Source: an uncultured Planctomycetaceae bacterium
Lineage (GTDB): Bacteria > Planctomycetota > Planctomycetia > Pirellulales > PALSA-1355
Length of the DNA: 64,000 nt
Assembly (NCBI GenBank): GCA_963785305.1
Contig: CAWAUV010000009.1
Coordinates: 32,001-96,000, forward strand
Direction of reading: 5' to 3'
The position numbers and the translations under genes are program-made. Below the pieces are notes generated by a model that searched no databases, was not told where the DNA came from, and worked only from the letters and a program-made list of their open reading frames with translations. Positions 20,932-33,132 of the stretch are shown here, one piece after another. Positions within the stretch are counted from its first letter, which is position 1. Every line of letters starts with the position of its first letter.

Positions 20932-21603
20932 ATGCGATGCGTTCGAGTGCGTTTGATGCGTGTGCCGACCGGCGCCGCGATCGTGGTTGCCCTGTGCGGT
21001 CTGGCAATCGCGTCCGCGGCCCAAGCGGCCGACGACGATTGGAAGCCGCTCTTCAATGGCAAGGACCTCGCGGGCTGGGAGCTTGTCGGGGCGCCCGAGG
21101 GAAGCTGGAAGGTGCTCGACGGCGACCTCGTGACCAGCGGCAAGGGCGGGGGCTGGATCTCCACCACCAGCCAATATGCGAACTTCGAGCTCGAACTCGA
21201 ATTCAAGGCGCCGGAAAATGGCAACAGCGGCGTGTTTCTCCGTTCCCCGCATTCCGGCGACCCGGCCTACTCGGGCATGGAAATCCAAGTGCTCGACGAC
21301 CACGGCAGCGCCTACACGAAGCTCCAGCCCTGGCAATACACCGGCAGCATCTACAACGTGGTGGCCGCCACTCCACGGGTGACCAAACAAGCCGGCGAAT
21401 GGCAGACGATGAAGATTCTCTGCGACAAGCGGCATGTGCAAGTGACGGTAAACGGCACAACGGTCGTCGACGCCAATCTCGACGACCACAACGACGTGCT
21501 CAAGAAGCACCCGGGCCTCGAGCGCACCGAAGGCTACATCGGCCTCCAGAACCACAGCACCCCGCTAGCCTACCGCAACATCCGCATCAAGCCGCTACCA
21601 TGA
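20932..21603 (+). CDS. DUF1080 (3-keto-disaccharide hydrolase-like) secreted protein
   Basis: WKPLFNGKDLAGW, GNSGVFLR, EIQVLDD, GYIGLQNH...YRNIRIKPL. Confidence 0.92.
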   Translation: MRCVRVRLMRVPTGAAIVVALCGLAIASAAQAADDDWKPLFNGKDLAGWELVGAPEGSWKVLDGDLVTSGKGGGWISTTSQYANFELELEFKAPENGNSGVFLRSPHSGDPAYSGMEIQVLDDHGSAYTKLQPWQYTGSIYNVVAATPRVTKQAGEWQTMKILCDKRHVQVTVNGTTVVDANLDDHNDVLKKHPGLERTEGYIGLQNHSTPLAYRNIRIKPLP

Positions 21604-22129
21604 CGCGGCCTCGCGAGCCGCGGCCGCGCTTAGTTGTTTTTTCGCATCACGGCCCACCGTGGAAGCAGCGCCAGGTATCGTCGTTGGCGATGCGGACTCC
21701 GTGGCAATCGCGCATCCCCGAGGCTATTCGGTTTACCGGATCGATGGTATTTTGGCGACTACGGCATGGCGATCGTCGAGCAGTCGCGCCGGGATCGCGT
21801 TGTATTTCCAAGCCCAGCGGCAGGGCGAATACTTGCGGGCTGTATCGCGTGCGGAGTAATCTGTTATTGTGCGATGGCTTAGGCTTAAACAGCCGTTTCC
21901 GTCGAGCAGCGCGCGACAAGCAACGCTTCGTAATGCGCATCGGCCCCGACGCCCCACCGCGGGCGCGGATCCGTGCCACAACAAAGCGGAAAGTAAGAAA
22001 GCAATGATCGAGGCCGCGAGGCTGGCCGCCAATTAGAAGCTTGTCGCGCGGTCCACCCATGATGCGTCGTGCAATCGCGTAAAACGTCGGCGGGCCGTCG
22101 CCCGTCGAACAACCCCATGAGGCACAACA

Positions 22130-23146
22130 ATGCGTAATAACTGGAAGTGCGGGCGGCTCGCCAAGTTGGCGACCCTCGGATTGTGTTCGATCGTGGCCCT
22201 ATCGGGTTGGCCTAGCGCCGCGCCGGCGGATGTCGCTCCCGCCAAACCCGATGACGTCAAGAAAATGGAAGCTGCCCTGCCCGACAAGGCGCCCGCCGAG
22301 CCCAAGGCCAAGCGCAAGGTGCTGGTATTCGGCAATGCCAACGGTTTCGTTCACAGTTCGATCGGGCTGGGCGAGGAAACCATTTTGAAAATGGGCGAGA
22401 AAACCCATGCCTACACCGCCGAAATCAACAACGACCCGGCCGTCTTCGATGACCTGAAGGGCTATGACGCGGTTGTGTTGGTGAGCACGACTGGGCACTT
22501 CCTGATCCCAAAAGGTCCCGAGAAGCCGAACCCCAAGAAAGTTAAAGAAGGCGAATCGGAGGCTGCCCAGGCCAAGTACGAGGAGGCGAACAAGGCCTAC
22601 CACGAGAAGTCCAAGAGCTATGCGGACGCCGAGAAACAGCGCATGCAAAACCTGCTGGATTTCGTGCAGAAGGATGGTAAAGGATTGATGGGCATCCATG
22701 CCGCGACCGACGCCTACTATAAGGACTCGCCCGAGTACGGCGCGTTGATCGGTGGGTTCTTTACCGGGCACCCGTGGCATCATGTCGTCTACAAGATCAA
22801 CGACCCCGATAGCCCGCTGACCGCCATGTTCAAGGGCAAGGATTTCGTCATTGACGACGAGACGTACCGCTTCAAGGAAAACACCGGCGACCCCAAGTTG
22901 CAGCCCTATTCTCCCGAACATGTCCACGAGCTCACCAGCATGGATTTCGAGAAGTCCGGCGTGAAGGACAGCGACAGCCGGGCCGATCACAACAACCCCG
23001 TGAGTTGGATGCGTGAAGATGGCAAGGGCCGAGTATTCTACTGCTCGCACGGGCACAGTGAATCGGTCTATTGGAATCCGGTCATTCTTGAGCATTACTT
23101 GGCCGGCCTCCAGTTCGTGCTGGGCGATTTGCCGGTGAGTAAGTAG
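22130..23146 (+). CDS. ThuA-like domain secreted protein
   Basis: Signal peptide; GFVHSSI, GKGLMGIHAATD, GGFFTGHPW, GKGRVFYCSHGH, AGLQFVLGDL. Confidence 0.88.
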   Translation: MRNNWKCGRLAKLATLGLCSIVALSGWPSAAPADVAPAKPDDVKKMEAALPDKAPAEPKAKRKVLVFGNANGFVHSSIGLGEETILKMGEKTHAYTAEINNDPAVFDDLKGYDAVVLVSTTGHFLIPKGPEKPNPKKVKEGESEAAQAKYEEANKAYHEKSKSYADAEKQRMQNLLDFVQKDGKGLMGIHAATDAYYKDSPEYGALIGGFFTGHPWHHVVYKINDPDSPLTAMFKGKDFVIDDETYRFKENTGDPKLQPYSPEHVHELTSMDFEKSGVKDSDSRADHNNPVSWMREDGKGRVFYCSHGHSESVYWNPVILEHYLAGLQFVLGDLPVSK

Positions 23147-23275
23147 GGGCACAGGCCAGTCGGCAAGTAACGGCGGGCGATAGCCCGGCGCGCCGCGGCG
23201 AGAGAGACGGAGTCGCGAAGCGAGTTTGACGCGATGACGCGCGGCGTCGGCCGGACGAGCGGTTATTGGATTAGC

Positions 23276-23314
23276 GCCTCGCGGCCTGTTGAAATATTCA
23301 ACAGGCCGCGAGGC
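23276..23314. repeat. Perfect 18-bp-arm inverted repeat between convergent genes (bidirectional terminator or IS-end/MITE relic)
   Basis: GCCTCGCGGCCTGTTGAA-ATA-TTCAACAGGCCGCGAGGC. Confidence 0.85.
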
Positions 23315-23400
23315 CGCGAGGCCGCATGGACGCGCTCGAAGCGGGAATTGAAATCAGTTCTCGACCATCAGTTCTCGAACAGGGCTGATCGCCAGGAAGA

Positions 23401-24678
23401 TCACTCGGAAGCGATGCAGAAGAGATGTCTTTCGCCTCGCATCAGCAGCCGGTTGGCGGCGGGAATGGGTGAGCCGATCACCGATTCGCCCATGTCGTTT
23501 TCCGACAGCAAATCGAACTTGTCGCCGGCGATATTCGCAACGAAGACAACGCCGTCTTCGCGCGGCGCATAGAGCTTGTCTCCGGCCACGAGCGGCGACG
23601 CGTAGTAGTTCGTGCGGTGCTTGGGAAACGCGGCGTCCCAAACGGTCTTCCCCGTCGCGGGATCAATGCACGCGACTTCGCCGCGGTCTCGCACCAGAAT
23701 AACGCGGCCTTTATAGGCCACCGGCGTGGGCACGAAAGTGCCGATGTCGTCCCGCTTCCATACATGATTGGTCGCGGTGACGTCGCCGGCGCCCGTCAAC
23801 CGAATCCCGTACAGCCGCGGAACTCCCTTGTCGTTGCGACCATAAGCGATCACCGCCATGTCGCCGACGATCACCGGAGTCGCGATCGCGGGCCATAGCT
23901 TGTTGCCCTCGGGGTTGAAGTCTCCACACGACCACGACACCTGGCCGTCGGCCGCGTCGTGAATCGTGAGATGCTCGGCGCCCCAAACCATGATCGATTC
24001 CTTCCCCTGATTCTGAATGACCAGCGGCGTGGAGTAGCCGTGATCGCATTCCATCGGCGTTGAATAATTACGCGCGACCTTCCAGGCCAATTCCCCGGTC
24101 GCCTTGTCGAACGCGGCCAGCCACGATTCGCCGCGGTGCATCCGCGCCATCACCACATATTTCCCCGTCAGAACCGGCGAAGTTCCATGATCCCAAAACA
24201 ACGTGTCGGGCCCGAATCGCTCCACGAGGTTCGTCTTCCAACGGACTTTCCCGTCGAGATTCACGGCCGCGAACGTGCCGCTTTTGAAGTAAACGAAGAC
24301 CGCTTCACCGTCCGTGACCGGCGACGCGTTGCTTCCCGAGCCATTGCGATGTTTGCCGGGTTTCTCGGCGTCGAAGACCGTCTGCCACTTCTTGCTGCCG
24401 TCGAAGTCGTAACAAAGTAGCGAGTCTTTTCCGTCGGCCGGCGATGTCAAGAAGATCGCGTTCTTGAGCAAGATCGGCGTTGAACATCCCCTGCCGGGCA
24501 ATTCGGCGCGCCACTGGTATTTATCCGCGCCGAACTTTACCGGGTAGCTGCCTTGCTCAACGCTCCCATTCCCCAGCGGCCCGCGCCATGAACGCCAGTC
24601 CGGGACATCGGCCGCAATTCCAAGCCGAGCCGAGAATAAGGCGAGGCAGGCCGCGGTCATCAGAGCTTTGTTTGGCAT
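23401..24678 (-). CDS. PQQ-binding-like beta-propeller repeat protein
   Basis: DWRSWRGP, repeated xSP(V/L) blades, AFDKATGELAWK, YYASP, LLMRGERHLFCI. Confidence 0.9.
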   Translation of the reverse strand: MPNKALMTAACLALFSARLGIAADVPDWRSWRGPLGNGSVEQGSYPVKFGADKYQWRAELPGRGCSTPILLKNAIFLTSPADGKDSLLCYDFDGSKKWQTVFDAEKPGKHRNGSGSNASPVTDGEAVFVYFKSGTFAAVNLDGKVRWKTNLVERFGPDTLFWDHGTSPVLTGKYVVMARMHRGESWLAAFDKATGELAWKVARNYSTPMECDHGYSTPLVIQNQGKESIMVWGAEHLTIHDAADGQVSWSCGDFNPEGNKLWPAIATPVIVGDMAVIAYGRNDKGVPRLYGIRLTGAGDVTATNHVWKRDDIGTFVPTPVAYKGRVILVRDRGEVACIDPATGKTVWDAAFPKHRTNYYASPLVAGDKLYAPREDGVVFVANIAGDKFDLLSENDMGESVIGSPIPAANRLLMRGERHLFCIASE

Positions 24679-25187
24679 TGTTATCGCAATCCCTTTGAGT
24701 GGAGCGTTTATCGCAAGGTCATTCAGCGTCGGGCTGAGCGACGGGCGATGAAAACAGCGGTAAAAACGAGGAAGTCGTGCATTTCGTGGCCGGGTCTCGG
24801 GGATAACCGTTGGAATCGGCGATGAATCACCGGATCACCCCAGGCGGAGGCGGCTCCGTCGGAATCGTTTCTACTCCAGGAAACAGAGTTCGCGGCCGAT
24901 TGTGATCGTCGACATTAGAGCCTATCCGCGGGGCGACGAGCGAACAATCCCGCGGCAGATTGCGACCGGACCTGACCTGGATGGAACCGAATCTTGGGCT
25001 CGTTCGCCGCGATTTTTTTTCGAGCGGCTCTTGACGGGAATGTGCTCGGATGTACACAAATAGGCGTCGCGCGGTCCTGCCGAGGATCCGCATGGGTTTC
25101 AGGAACCCGTTTGTTGCTTGAGGGCGCCGGGGTTTGGCGCGCGACCGCGCGTTGATTCAGGAAACGCGGGTCAACGGCGAGCGGCGA

Positions 25188-26297
25188 TTACTTCGCGCCG
25201 TCGGGCTGGTCGTCGATAGCCGCCACGGCCAAGCGCAGAATCTCGGCTTGGTCCACCTTGTGCGTTTCGGTGTCGTCGCCCACTTGGCGAATCACGATCA
25301 GTTCTTGCGCGGGCAAGATGAACATGTTGTTGTCGAGTTTTCCCAGCGCGGCATACGCGTCTTTGGGAACGCCTTTCCATTTGGTCCCGTCGACATTGTT
25401 CCACCAAAGGAAGCCGTAGGAGCGATTGAGCTCTTGCGAGGGAGCGGTCGCCTGGGCGACCCACGCCGCCGGAACGATCTCGCGGCCTTGCCAGCGGCCT
25501 TCGTTCAGAAACAGGAGCCCGATTCGGGCCAGGGCGCGACCCGTGATATGCAGGCCCGAGTAGGGAATCGTGTGGTCCTCGTTGCGATCCCAGGTCCAAT
25601 CGGCTTTGGCGATTCCGATCGGCTTGAACAGTTCGCGCTCGGCGAAGGCGTCGATCTCCTCGCCGGTGGCTTTGGCGAACAGCGGGCCCAAAAGGGCGAG
25701 GCCGGTGTTGTTGTATTCCCAGTGCGAGCCCGGCGGATGGGCCATGGGCGCTTGGGTAAGGGCATAGGTCATGATCGTCGGCTGGTGGCCGAGGTCTTTG
25801 TTGTTGAACATTCCCGTGGTCATGCTCAGAATCTGACGCACCGTGATTTCACGCTTCTCCGCGGGCGCGGCGTCGGGCAAGAATTCGCCCACCGTGGATT
25901 CCAACTTCAGCTTGCCCCGCGCGATCGCGAGCCCGGTGGCGGTGCTCGAAATCGACTTCGAAGTGCTATAGACCATATAGGGCGTCGATGGCGAGCCGCC
26001 GCGCCAATACCACTCGCCCACGATCCGTCCGTGGCGCACCACGAGCCCGGTCTTGCTGCCACAGCTTTCGAGATAATCGCGTAGTTTGTCGAGCTTGGGC
26101 GACGAAATTCCCTCGGCCTCGGGCTTGGCGACCGACCAGTCCTCTGATGGCCAAGCGGTGAAATCGGCGGCCCGGGCATCGAGCGCCGCGCCGGCCCCCA
26201 GCCAGAAGCACAGGGCCGCGAGGAGCGATCGCGATGCAAAGCCCCCAAAGGAAAGCCCCGTCGCCGGGCGCCGGCAAATCATGGGGAAGCAACTCAT
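25188..26297 (-). CDS. Serine hydrolase, beta-lactamase class C-like
   Basis: SxxK (YSTSKS), YxN (WEYNN), LARIGLLFLNEGRWQG, YGFLWW; signal peptide. Confidence 0.9.
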   Translation of the reverse strand: MSCFPMICRRPATGLSFGGFASRSLLAALCFWLGAGAALDARAADFTAWPSEDWSVAKPEAEGISSPKLDKLRDYLESCGSKTGLVVRHGRIVGEWYWRGGSPSTPYMVYSTSKSISSTATGLAIARGKLKLESTVGEFLPDAAPAEKREITVRQILSMTTGMFNNKDLGHQPTIMTYALTQAPMAHPPGSHWEYNNTGLALLGPLFAKATGEEIDAFAERELFKPIGIAKADWTWDRNEDHTIPYSGLHITGRALARIGLLFLNEGRWQGREIVPAAWVAQATAPSQELNRSYGFLWWNNVDGTKWKGVPKDAYAALGKLDNNMFILPAQELIVIRQVGDDTETHKVDQAEILRLAVAAIDDQPDGAK

Positions 26298-26330
26298 GAT
26301 GAGAATCCTGAAAAATAGGGGAGCGATTTG

Positions 26331-27340
26331 TCACTGCATATAGGTGCTCTCGTCGATCACATTGCCGTCTTTGCGATTTCCCAAATGATCGAACACCGTG
26401 GGATTGATGCCGTAGGAAAGCAACCGCACCGAACCATCGCCAAACACAAAGCGGGCGCCGCTATCGTGCGCGCTGCCGAAACTTTGCCACGACTGAATGT
26501 TCTGGGTGTCGGGCATCGGCGGATACGATGAACTGCCCCAGCGGAGCGTGTCCCAATCGTGGCCGACATAGAGGCTGTCGTTGTCGGCCCCGTCATTGCC
26601 CGTCAGGTAGAGCGAGGGCTCCAGGTTCTTTTCGCCGACCATGAAGGTGCTCGTCAGACCGTCGAGCACATCGGCAGCGGGAACCATGCTTCGCAAATAG
26701 GTGATTCCGGTCTCGCTGGTCACCGAAGGCCAGGAATAGCCACTGTCGCCCTGGGCGGTCGAACCGGGCCCATAATACGTCATTACATTGTCGCCCGCGT
26801 TGCCGGCGTAGTCGGTCTTGCTCTGGGCGACGGGGTTCGAGGCGTTTTGCGCACCCTCGGAGAATGGATAGGCCTGCAGGGGCGGCGCGTGGGACAGATA
26901 AACGTGGCCAAGGGAACCGGCAGGAGTTGTTGCCCGAGCAAGGTCGCTTTATTAGGGTTCTGGCTGTTGCCGATCTGCCGCAGCACGTCTTGATCGATAT
27001 AGGACAAGATATTGTAAGTCCAACCGCCCATTTGATTGACGCCGTAACCTCGGTCGGGATCGCCCACCCAGCCGTAGCCCCAGCCGCTGGTGGGAAAGAA
27101 TCCATGATTCGACTCATGGGCGCTAAACGCGAGGCCAATCTGCTTGAGATTGTTGCCGCAAGTGTTCTGCCGGGCCGACTCACGGGCCGCTTGCACCGCC
27201 GGCAGCAACATCGCCACCAAAATTCCGATGATCGTGATGACCACCAGCAACTCGACCAAGGTGAATCCGCGGCGGCGCCGGGCAATTGTCCGGCTTGTTC
27301 GCATTCGGGCGGCGAAAACCACGGACGAGGTTTCGTCCAT
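26331..27340 (-). CDS. DUF1559 prepilin-type N-terminal cleavage/methylation protein (frameshift near 26880)
   Basis: [33 protein letters not shown] and CPTRR; after a one-base shift, [19 protein letters not shown] and FGSAH-X9-DG. Confidence 0.9.
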
Positions 27341-27681
27341 AAAACGTGCTCCGTATCTAGATGGAAAAGCGGAGGGATCGCGAGCAAAAGTCCAGCATGG
27401 GGCCGCCATGCGGCGGCCCGTGGGGCGGCAGCGAGATGTGTGTTTCATCGTACCGCCCCCGCGCGCGGCTCGGCAACGGGCGAATCGTGAAATTATCGAA
27501 AAATTTAGATTCGCGATCGCCGCGCGCGTCGGAATTACCCTCCGCGGAGGGTCGCCTAGGCGCAAAAAAGCGCGTCGCTCGCGAGGAAAGCTCCTCGAAG
27601 CGACGCGCTTTGATTTCAAACCATGAACTTCGCCACCGCGCCTTCAATCGCGCCGCGACGGCGAGCTCCGAGGCGAACGGA

Positions 27682-29489
<1,808 letters not shown>

Positions 29490-30181
29490 AATGCCTTTGA
29501 GACTTTCGCCGACGCGAAGTAGCGATTCGCCCGTTGCGGGGCCGAGAAAATGCGGTGCATCTCGGCAAAACATTCCTCAACGGCGGAAGCTGACCGCGAA
29601 CAAGCGAGTGGCTATTTGCGACTCGCATCCGCGGGCTTCGCGACCGATGGGAAGAATCGCCCGGTCGACCGGGGGGTTAGGGGATTCCGCCGCTTGGCCC
29701 GGCCTTTCACCAAGAAAGACGATTGCAGGCAGTGCGACGAATCGAGCATGGTAGCAAATATGCCACCCCCAAGGCAACCTCGCCGAGGGGCAAAAAATCG
29801 CTTGCAATCGCTTGATCGAACATTCACCCAAGGCCCCCGAAGCGCCAAAACCAGCCCGCCGCGCCCATGCAAGCCTGAAACTCCGCGAAGCCATTCTTTC
29901 GCTTGCGATTCAACCTTGTGGAGCACTCGGGCTTGGGGGCTTCTTTCGCTTGCGCTGCATGCTTGTACGATCGCTCGGCCCGCTGGCATTCCTTTGTTTG
30001 CTTGCGTTTCAAGCTGGTGTCGTCCCGCGCGGCAGTGGACGGGGCTTCGGAAATGGGGTGAAATGGCGATGGGGGCTATACGGCCCGCCTTCGGCTTCTC
30101 CTCGAATCGTCGCCGCGCTCTCGGCTTGGAATATCCAACTGAAACGGCCATCGGACACCCGGCCGCTTGCGAGTGTTTTTC

Positions 30182-31070
30182 ATGACTCCCGCCGAACCGC
30201 TGCTCAGCCCGCAATTGCTCACTCAGCTTGAACGGCTCGAGATCGTCACGCGAAAGATATTTCGCGGCCGCACCAAGGGCGAGCGACTCGGCAAGCGCAC
30301 CGGGCAGAGCGTCGAGTTCGCCGACTTTCGCAATTATGTTCCCGGCGACGATGTGCGGTTCATCGATTGGAACACCTACGCTCGGCTTGATCGGCTCTTC
30401 CTCAAGATGTTTTTCGAGGAAGAGGATTTGCGAGTCTTTACGCTCATCGACGCGAGTCGTTCGATGGACTTCGGCTCGCCCACGAAACTTCGTTATGCGA
30501 AACAGCTCGCCGCCGCGCTCGGTTTCATCGGTCTCGCGCGCGGCGATCGGGTCAAGGTCGAAACCTTGGGCCAAGCTCCGCATCGCGTGAGTCAGGCGTG
30601 GCGCGGGCGGGCGAATCTTGCCCGGGTCGTGAGCCAACTCGAGGCAATCGCGCCCGAGAAGGAAGTGCCCTTGGCCGAGGGCATTAAAAACTTCATGCTC
30701 CGCAATCCCGGCCAGGGCGTGTTGGTCGTGGTGTCGGACCTGATGGACAAACAGGGCTACGAAGCGGCTTTTCGTTATCTGCTCTCGCGGTCGATGGATG
30801 TGTATATCGTGCATGTGCTGAGTGTCGAGGAGCTCGAGCCCGACTTGCAGGGCGACTTGCAATTGCTCGACTGCGAGGACGGAGCGACGGTCGAAGTCAC
30901 GGCCAGCGCCCCGCTGCTGCGGCGCGTATCGGCGCACGCTGGCCGAATTTTGCTCCGGCGCCAAGGAATTTTGCACCCGGCGGGGGCTGCATTACATTCC
31001 GGCCAGCACCGCGCTGCCGGTCGATCGGCTCTTGGGCGGCCTGCTCGTCCAGCGGGGGTTGCTGCGATGA
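30182..31070 (+). CDS. DUF58 domain protein (frameshift near 30926)
   Basis: GQSVEFADFRNYVPGDDVRFIDWN, IDASRSM, VVSDL. The natural C-terminus YRRTLAEFC...RGLLR* lies in the frame of ORF 30822-31070. Confidence 0.9.
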
Positions 31071-33088
31071 ATGTGTCGAACATGCTCGGACCCTGGCAAT
31101 GGGGACTTTTGGCGGCGGCGGCCATCGGCATCGTATCGCTTTATTTTCTGAAGCTTCGCCGCCGGCCGCTCGAAACACCGAGCACCTATCTCTGGCGGAA
31201 GTCGATCGAGGACCTGCGCATCAACAGCATCTGGCAAAGGCTGCGGCGGAGCTTGCTGCTGCTTTTGCAACTGCTCGTCGTCGCGTGCCTGGCCTTGGCG
31301 GCGCTGCGCGTGGGATGGAACGGCAGCCGGCTCGCCGGGCAGCGGTTCGTATTTCTGATCGACAATTCCGGGAGCATGGCCGCCACCGATGTCGCCCCCA
31401 GCCGGCTGGCCGAGGCCAAGCGCAAGGCCCGCGAACTCATCGAGCAAATGAAGTCGGGCGAAGAGGCGATGCTCATCAGCTTCAACGATTCGGCGCAGGT
31501 CGAGCAATCGTTTACCGACAATCATCGCGCGCTGCGCGAACGGCTCGACGCCATTCCGCAAACCGCCCGCCCCACTTCGCTAGCCGAAGCGCTGCGGCTG
31601 GCGACCGCCTTTGCCAGCGCCGGCGACGCGAGCGCGACCGGTTCATCGCCAACCGCCGGCGTGGCGGGTCCCGCCGACGCAAAACCCAAGACCGATTCGG
31701 CGCCGGCCACGAGTGGCAAACAACCGCGCGGCGCCGCCGCCACGCTCTATGTCGTGAGCGATGGCAATTTTCCAAGCCTCGCCAATGCGTCGCTCGGCTC
31801 GCTCGCGCCCGTGCTTGTGCCGATCGGCGCGAAGGACGCCACGAATCTGGCGATCGCGGCTTTCAGCGCCAAGCGGCCCGATTCGCAACTCAGCCGCTTG
31901 CAAACCTTCGGCCGGCTGGAAAATTTTGGAAGCCGCGATGTCACGGCCGAAGTCGAGCTCCATCGCGATGGATCGCTGGTCGACGCCGCTCGGGTGGCGA
32001 TCAAGGCGGGCGAATCGGCGGTGGTCAACTTCGATCTGGCCGACGTGGCGGAAGCCGTGCTCGAACTGGTCGTGGCGCCGGGAGGCCAGTTGGCCATCGA
32101 CGACCGGGCTTGGACCATCGCCCGGCCAAAGCGAAGCGCCCAGGCGCTGCTGGTCACGCCCGGCGACAAGCCGCTCGAGCAGGCGCTGGCGAGCGCGGGC
32201 GAGGCGATCGACCTGCGGATCGTGAAGCCCGAGTTTCTCGACACCGAGGATTATCGGTCCGCGGCCGAGGCGGGGCGTTATGACTTCGTGGTCTATGAGC
32301 TCTGCCACCCCGAGAAATCGCCCAATGCGAGCACGCTTTATATCGGCGATGTTCCGCCGGGGGGCGGTTGGTCGCTGGGCGAGCGAGTGGCGGCGCCGGA
32401 GATCATCGACTTGAACGCCGCCGCCCCGATTATGCGGTATGTCGACATGGGCGATGTGATTTTCGCGGCGGCCCGGCCTATCACCCCTCCACCGGGCGCC
32501 GCCACGCTCATGGAATCCAACGAAGGCATTCTATTTGCCGTGGCTCAGCGAGACCTTTGGCGCGACGCGGTGCTCGGCGCCCCGCTGATGGATGTGGGGG
32601 CCGACGGGCAACTCGAGCGCAACACCGATTGGCCATTGCGGTTGAGCTTCGTGGTGATGCTGCGGAGCGCGCTCGACTTCTTGGGCGCCCGGCCCGAAGC
32701 GGGGGGCGAGCAAGGGGTATCGCCGGGGCAAAGCGTGTCGCTCGAGGGGGCGAGCGAGGCGGTCGATGTGCGATCGCCCAGCGGCAAAGTCACGCATGTG
32801 CGGCGCGACCGGCAAAATCAGTTGCGTTTTCCGGGTGGGGAGGAGCTCGGCGTGTATGAAGTTTTGGAAAAGGACTCGACGACATCACGATTTGCCGTCA
32901 ATCTATTTAACTCGGCCGAAAGCGATATCCGCCCACGCATTCGACCGTTGCGGCTCGGCGCGAGCGAGGCGCCGGTCGAGGGCCGCGAAGAGGGCGCCCG
33001 CCGCGAGACCTGGCGGCCGCTCCTGCTACTGGCTCTAGGATTCTTAATTCTGGAGTGGTATATCTACAACCGTCGAGTATACGTCTAA
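31067..33088 (+). CDS. BatA/VWA domain membrane protein
   Basis: N-terminal double TM (YFLKLRRR..PSTYLW), MIDAS-like DNSGSM, C-terminal ETWRPLLLLAL...LEW. ATGA overlap with the DUF58 stop. Confidence 0.88.
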   Translation: MNVSNMLGPWQWGLLAAAAIGIVSLYFLKLRRRPLETPSTYLWRKSIEDLRINSIWQRLRRSLLLLLQLLVVACLALAALRVGWNGSRLAGQRFVFLIDNSGSMAATDVAPSRLAEAKRKARELIEQMKSGEEAMLISFNDSAQVEQSFTDNHRALRERLDAIPQTARPTSLAEALRLATAFASAGDASATGSSPTAGVAGPADAKPKTDSAPATSGKQPRGAAATLYVVSDGNFPSLANASLGSLAPVLVPIGAKDATNLAIAAFSAKRPDSQLSRLQTFGRLENFGSRDVTAEVELHRDGSLVDAARVAIKAGESAVVNFDLADVAEAVLELVVAPGGQLAIDDRAWTIARPKRSAQALLVTPGDKPLEQALASAGEAIDLRIVKPEFLDTEDYRSAAEAGRYDFVVYELCHPEKSPNASTLYIGDVPPGGGWSLGERVAAPEIIDLNAAAPIMRYVDMGDVIFAAARPITPPPGAATLMESNEGILFAVAQRDLWRDAVLGAPLMDVGADGQLERNTDWPLRLSFVVMLRSALDFLGARPEAGGEQGVSPGQSVSLEGASEAVDVRSPSGKVTHVRRDRQNQLRFPGGEELGVYEVLEKDSTTSRFAVNLFNSAESDIRPRIRPLRLGASEAPVEGREEGARRETWRPLLLLALGFLILEWYIYNRRVYV

Positions 33089-33132
33089 CCATCACGAATC
33101 GGCGAAATGCTTGCTTCGCGGAGAACGGTTTG

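Noticed and set aside
21604..22129. ~520-bp intergenic gap as a possible riboswitch or sRNA
   Set aside because: No recognisable conserved RNA motif; consistent with a terminator plus promoter region for the ThuA gene.
24966..24980. Minus-strand CCAGGTCAGGTCCGG resembling the SRP RNA core
   Set aside because: The required downstream AAGGAAGCAGC half of the conserved loop is absent. Treated as chance unless an Rfam scan says otherwise.
30167..33088. 973-aa DUF58-BatA/VWA fusion in the ORF track
   Set aside because: The natural DUF58 C-terminus and stop (31070) exist in another frame, overlapping the BatA ATG by ATGA. The fusion results from an indel near 30926.
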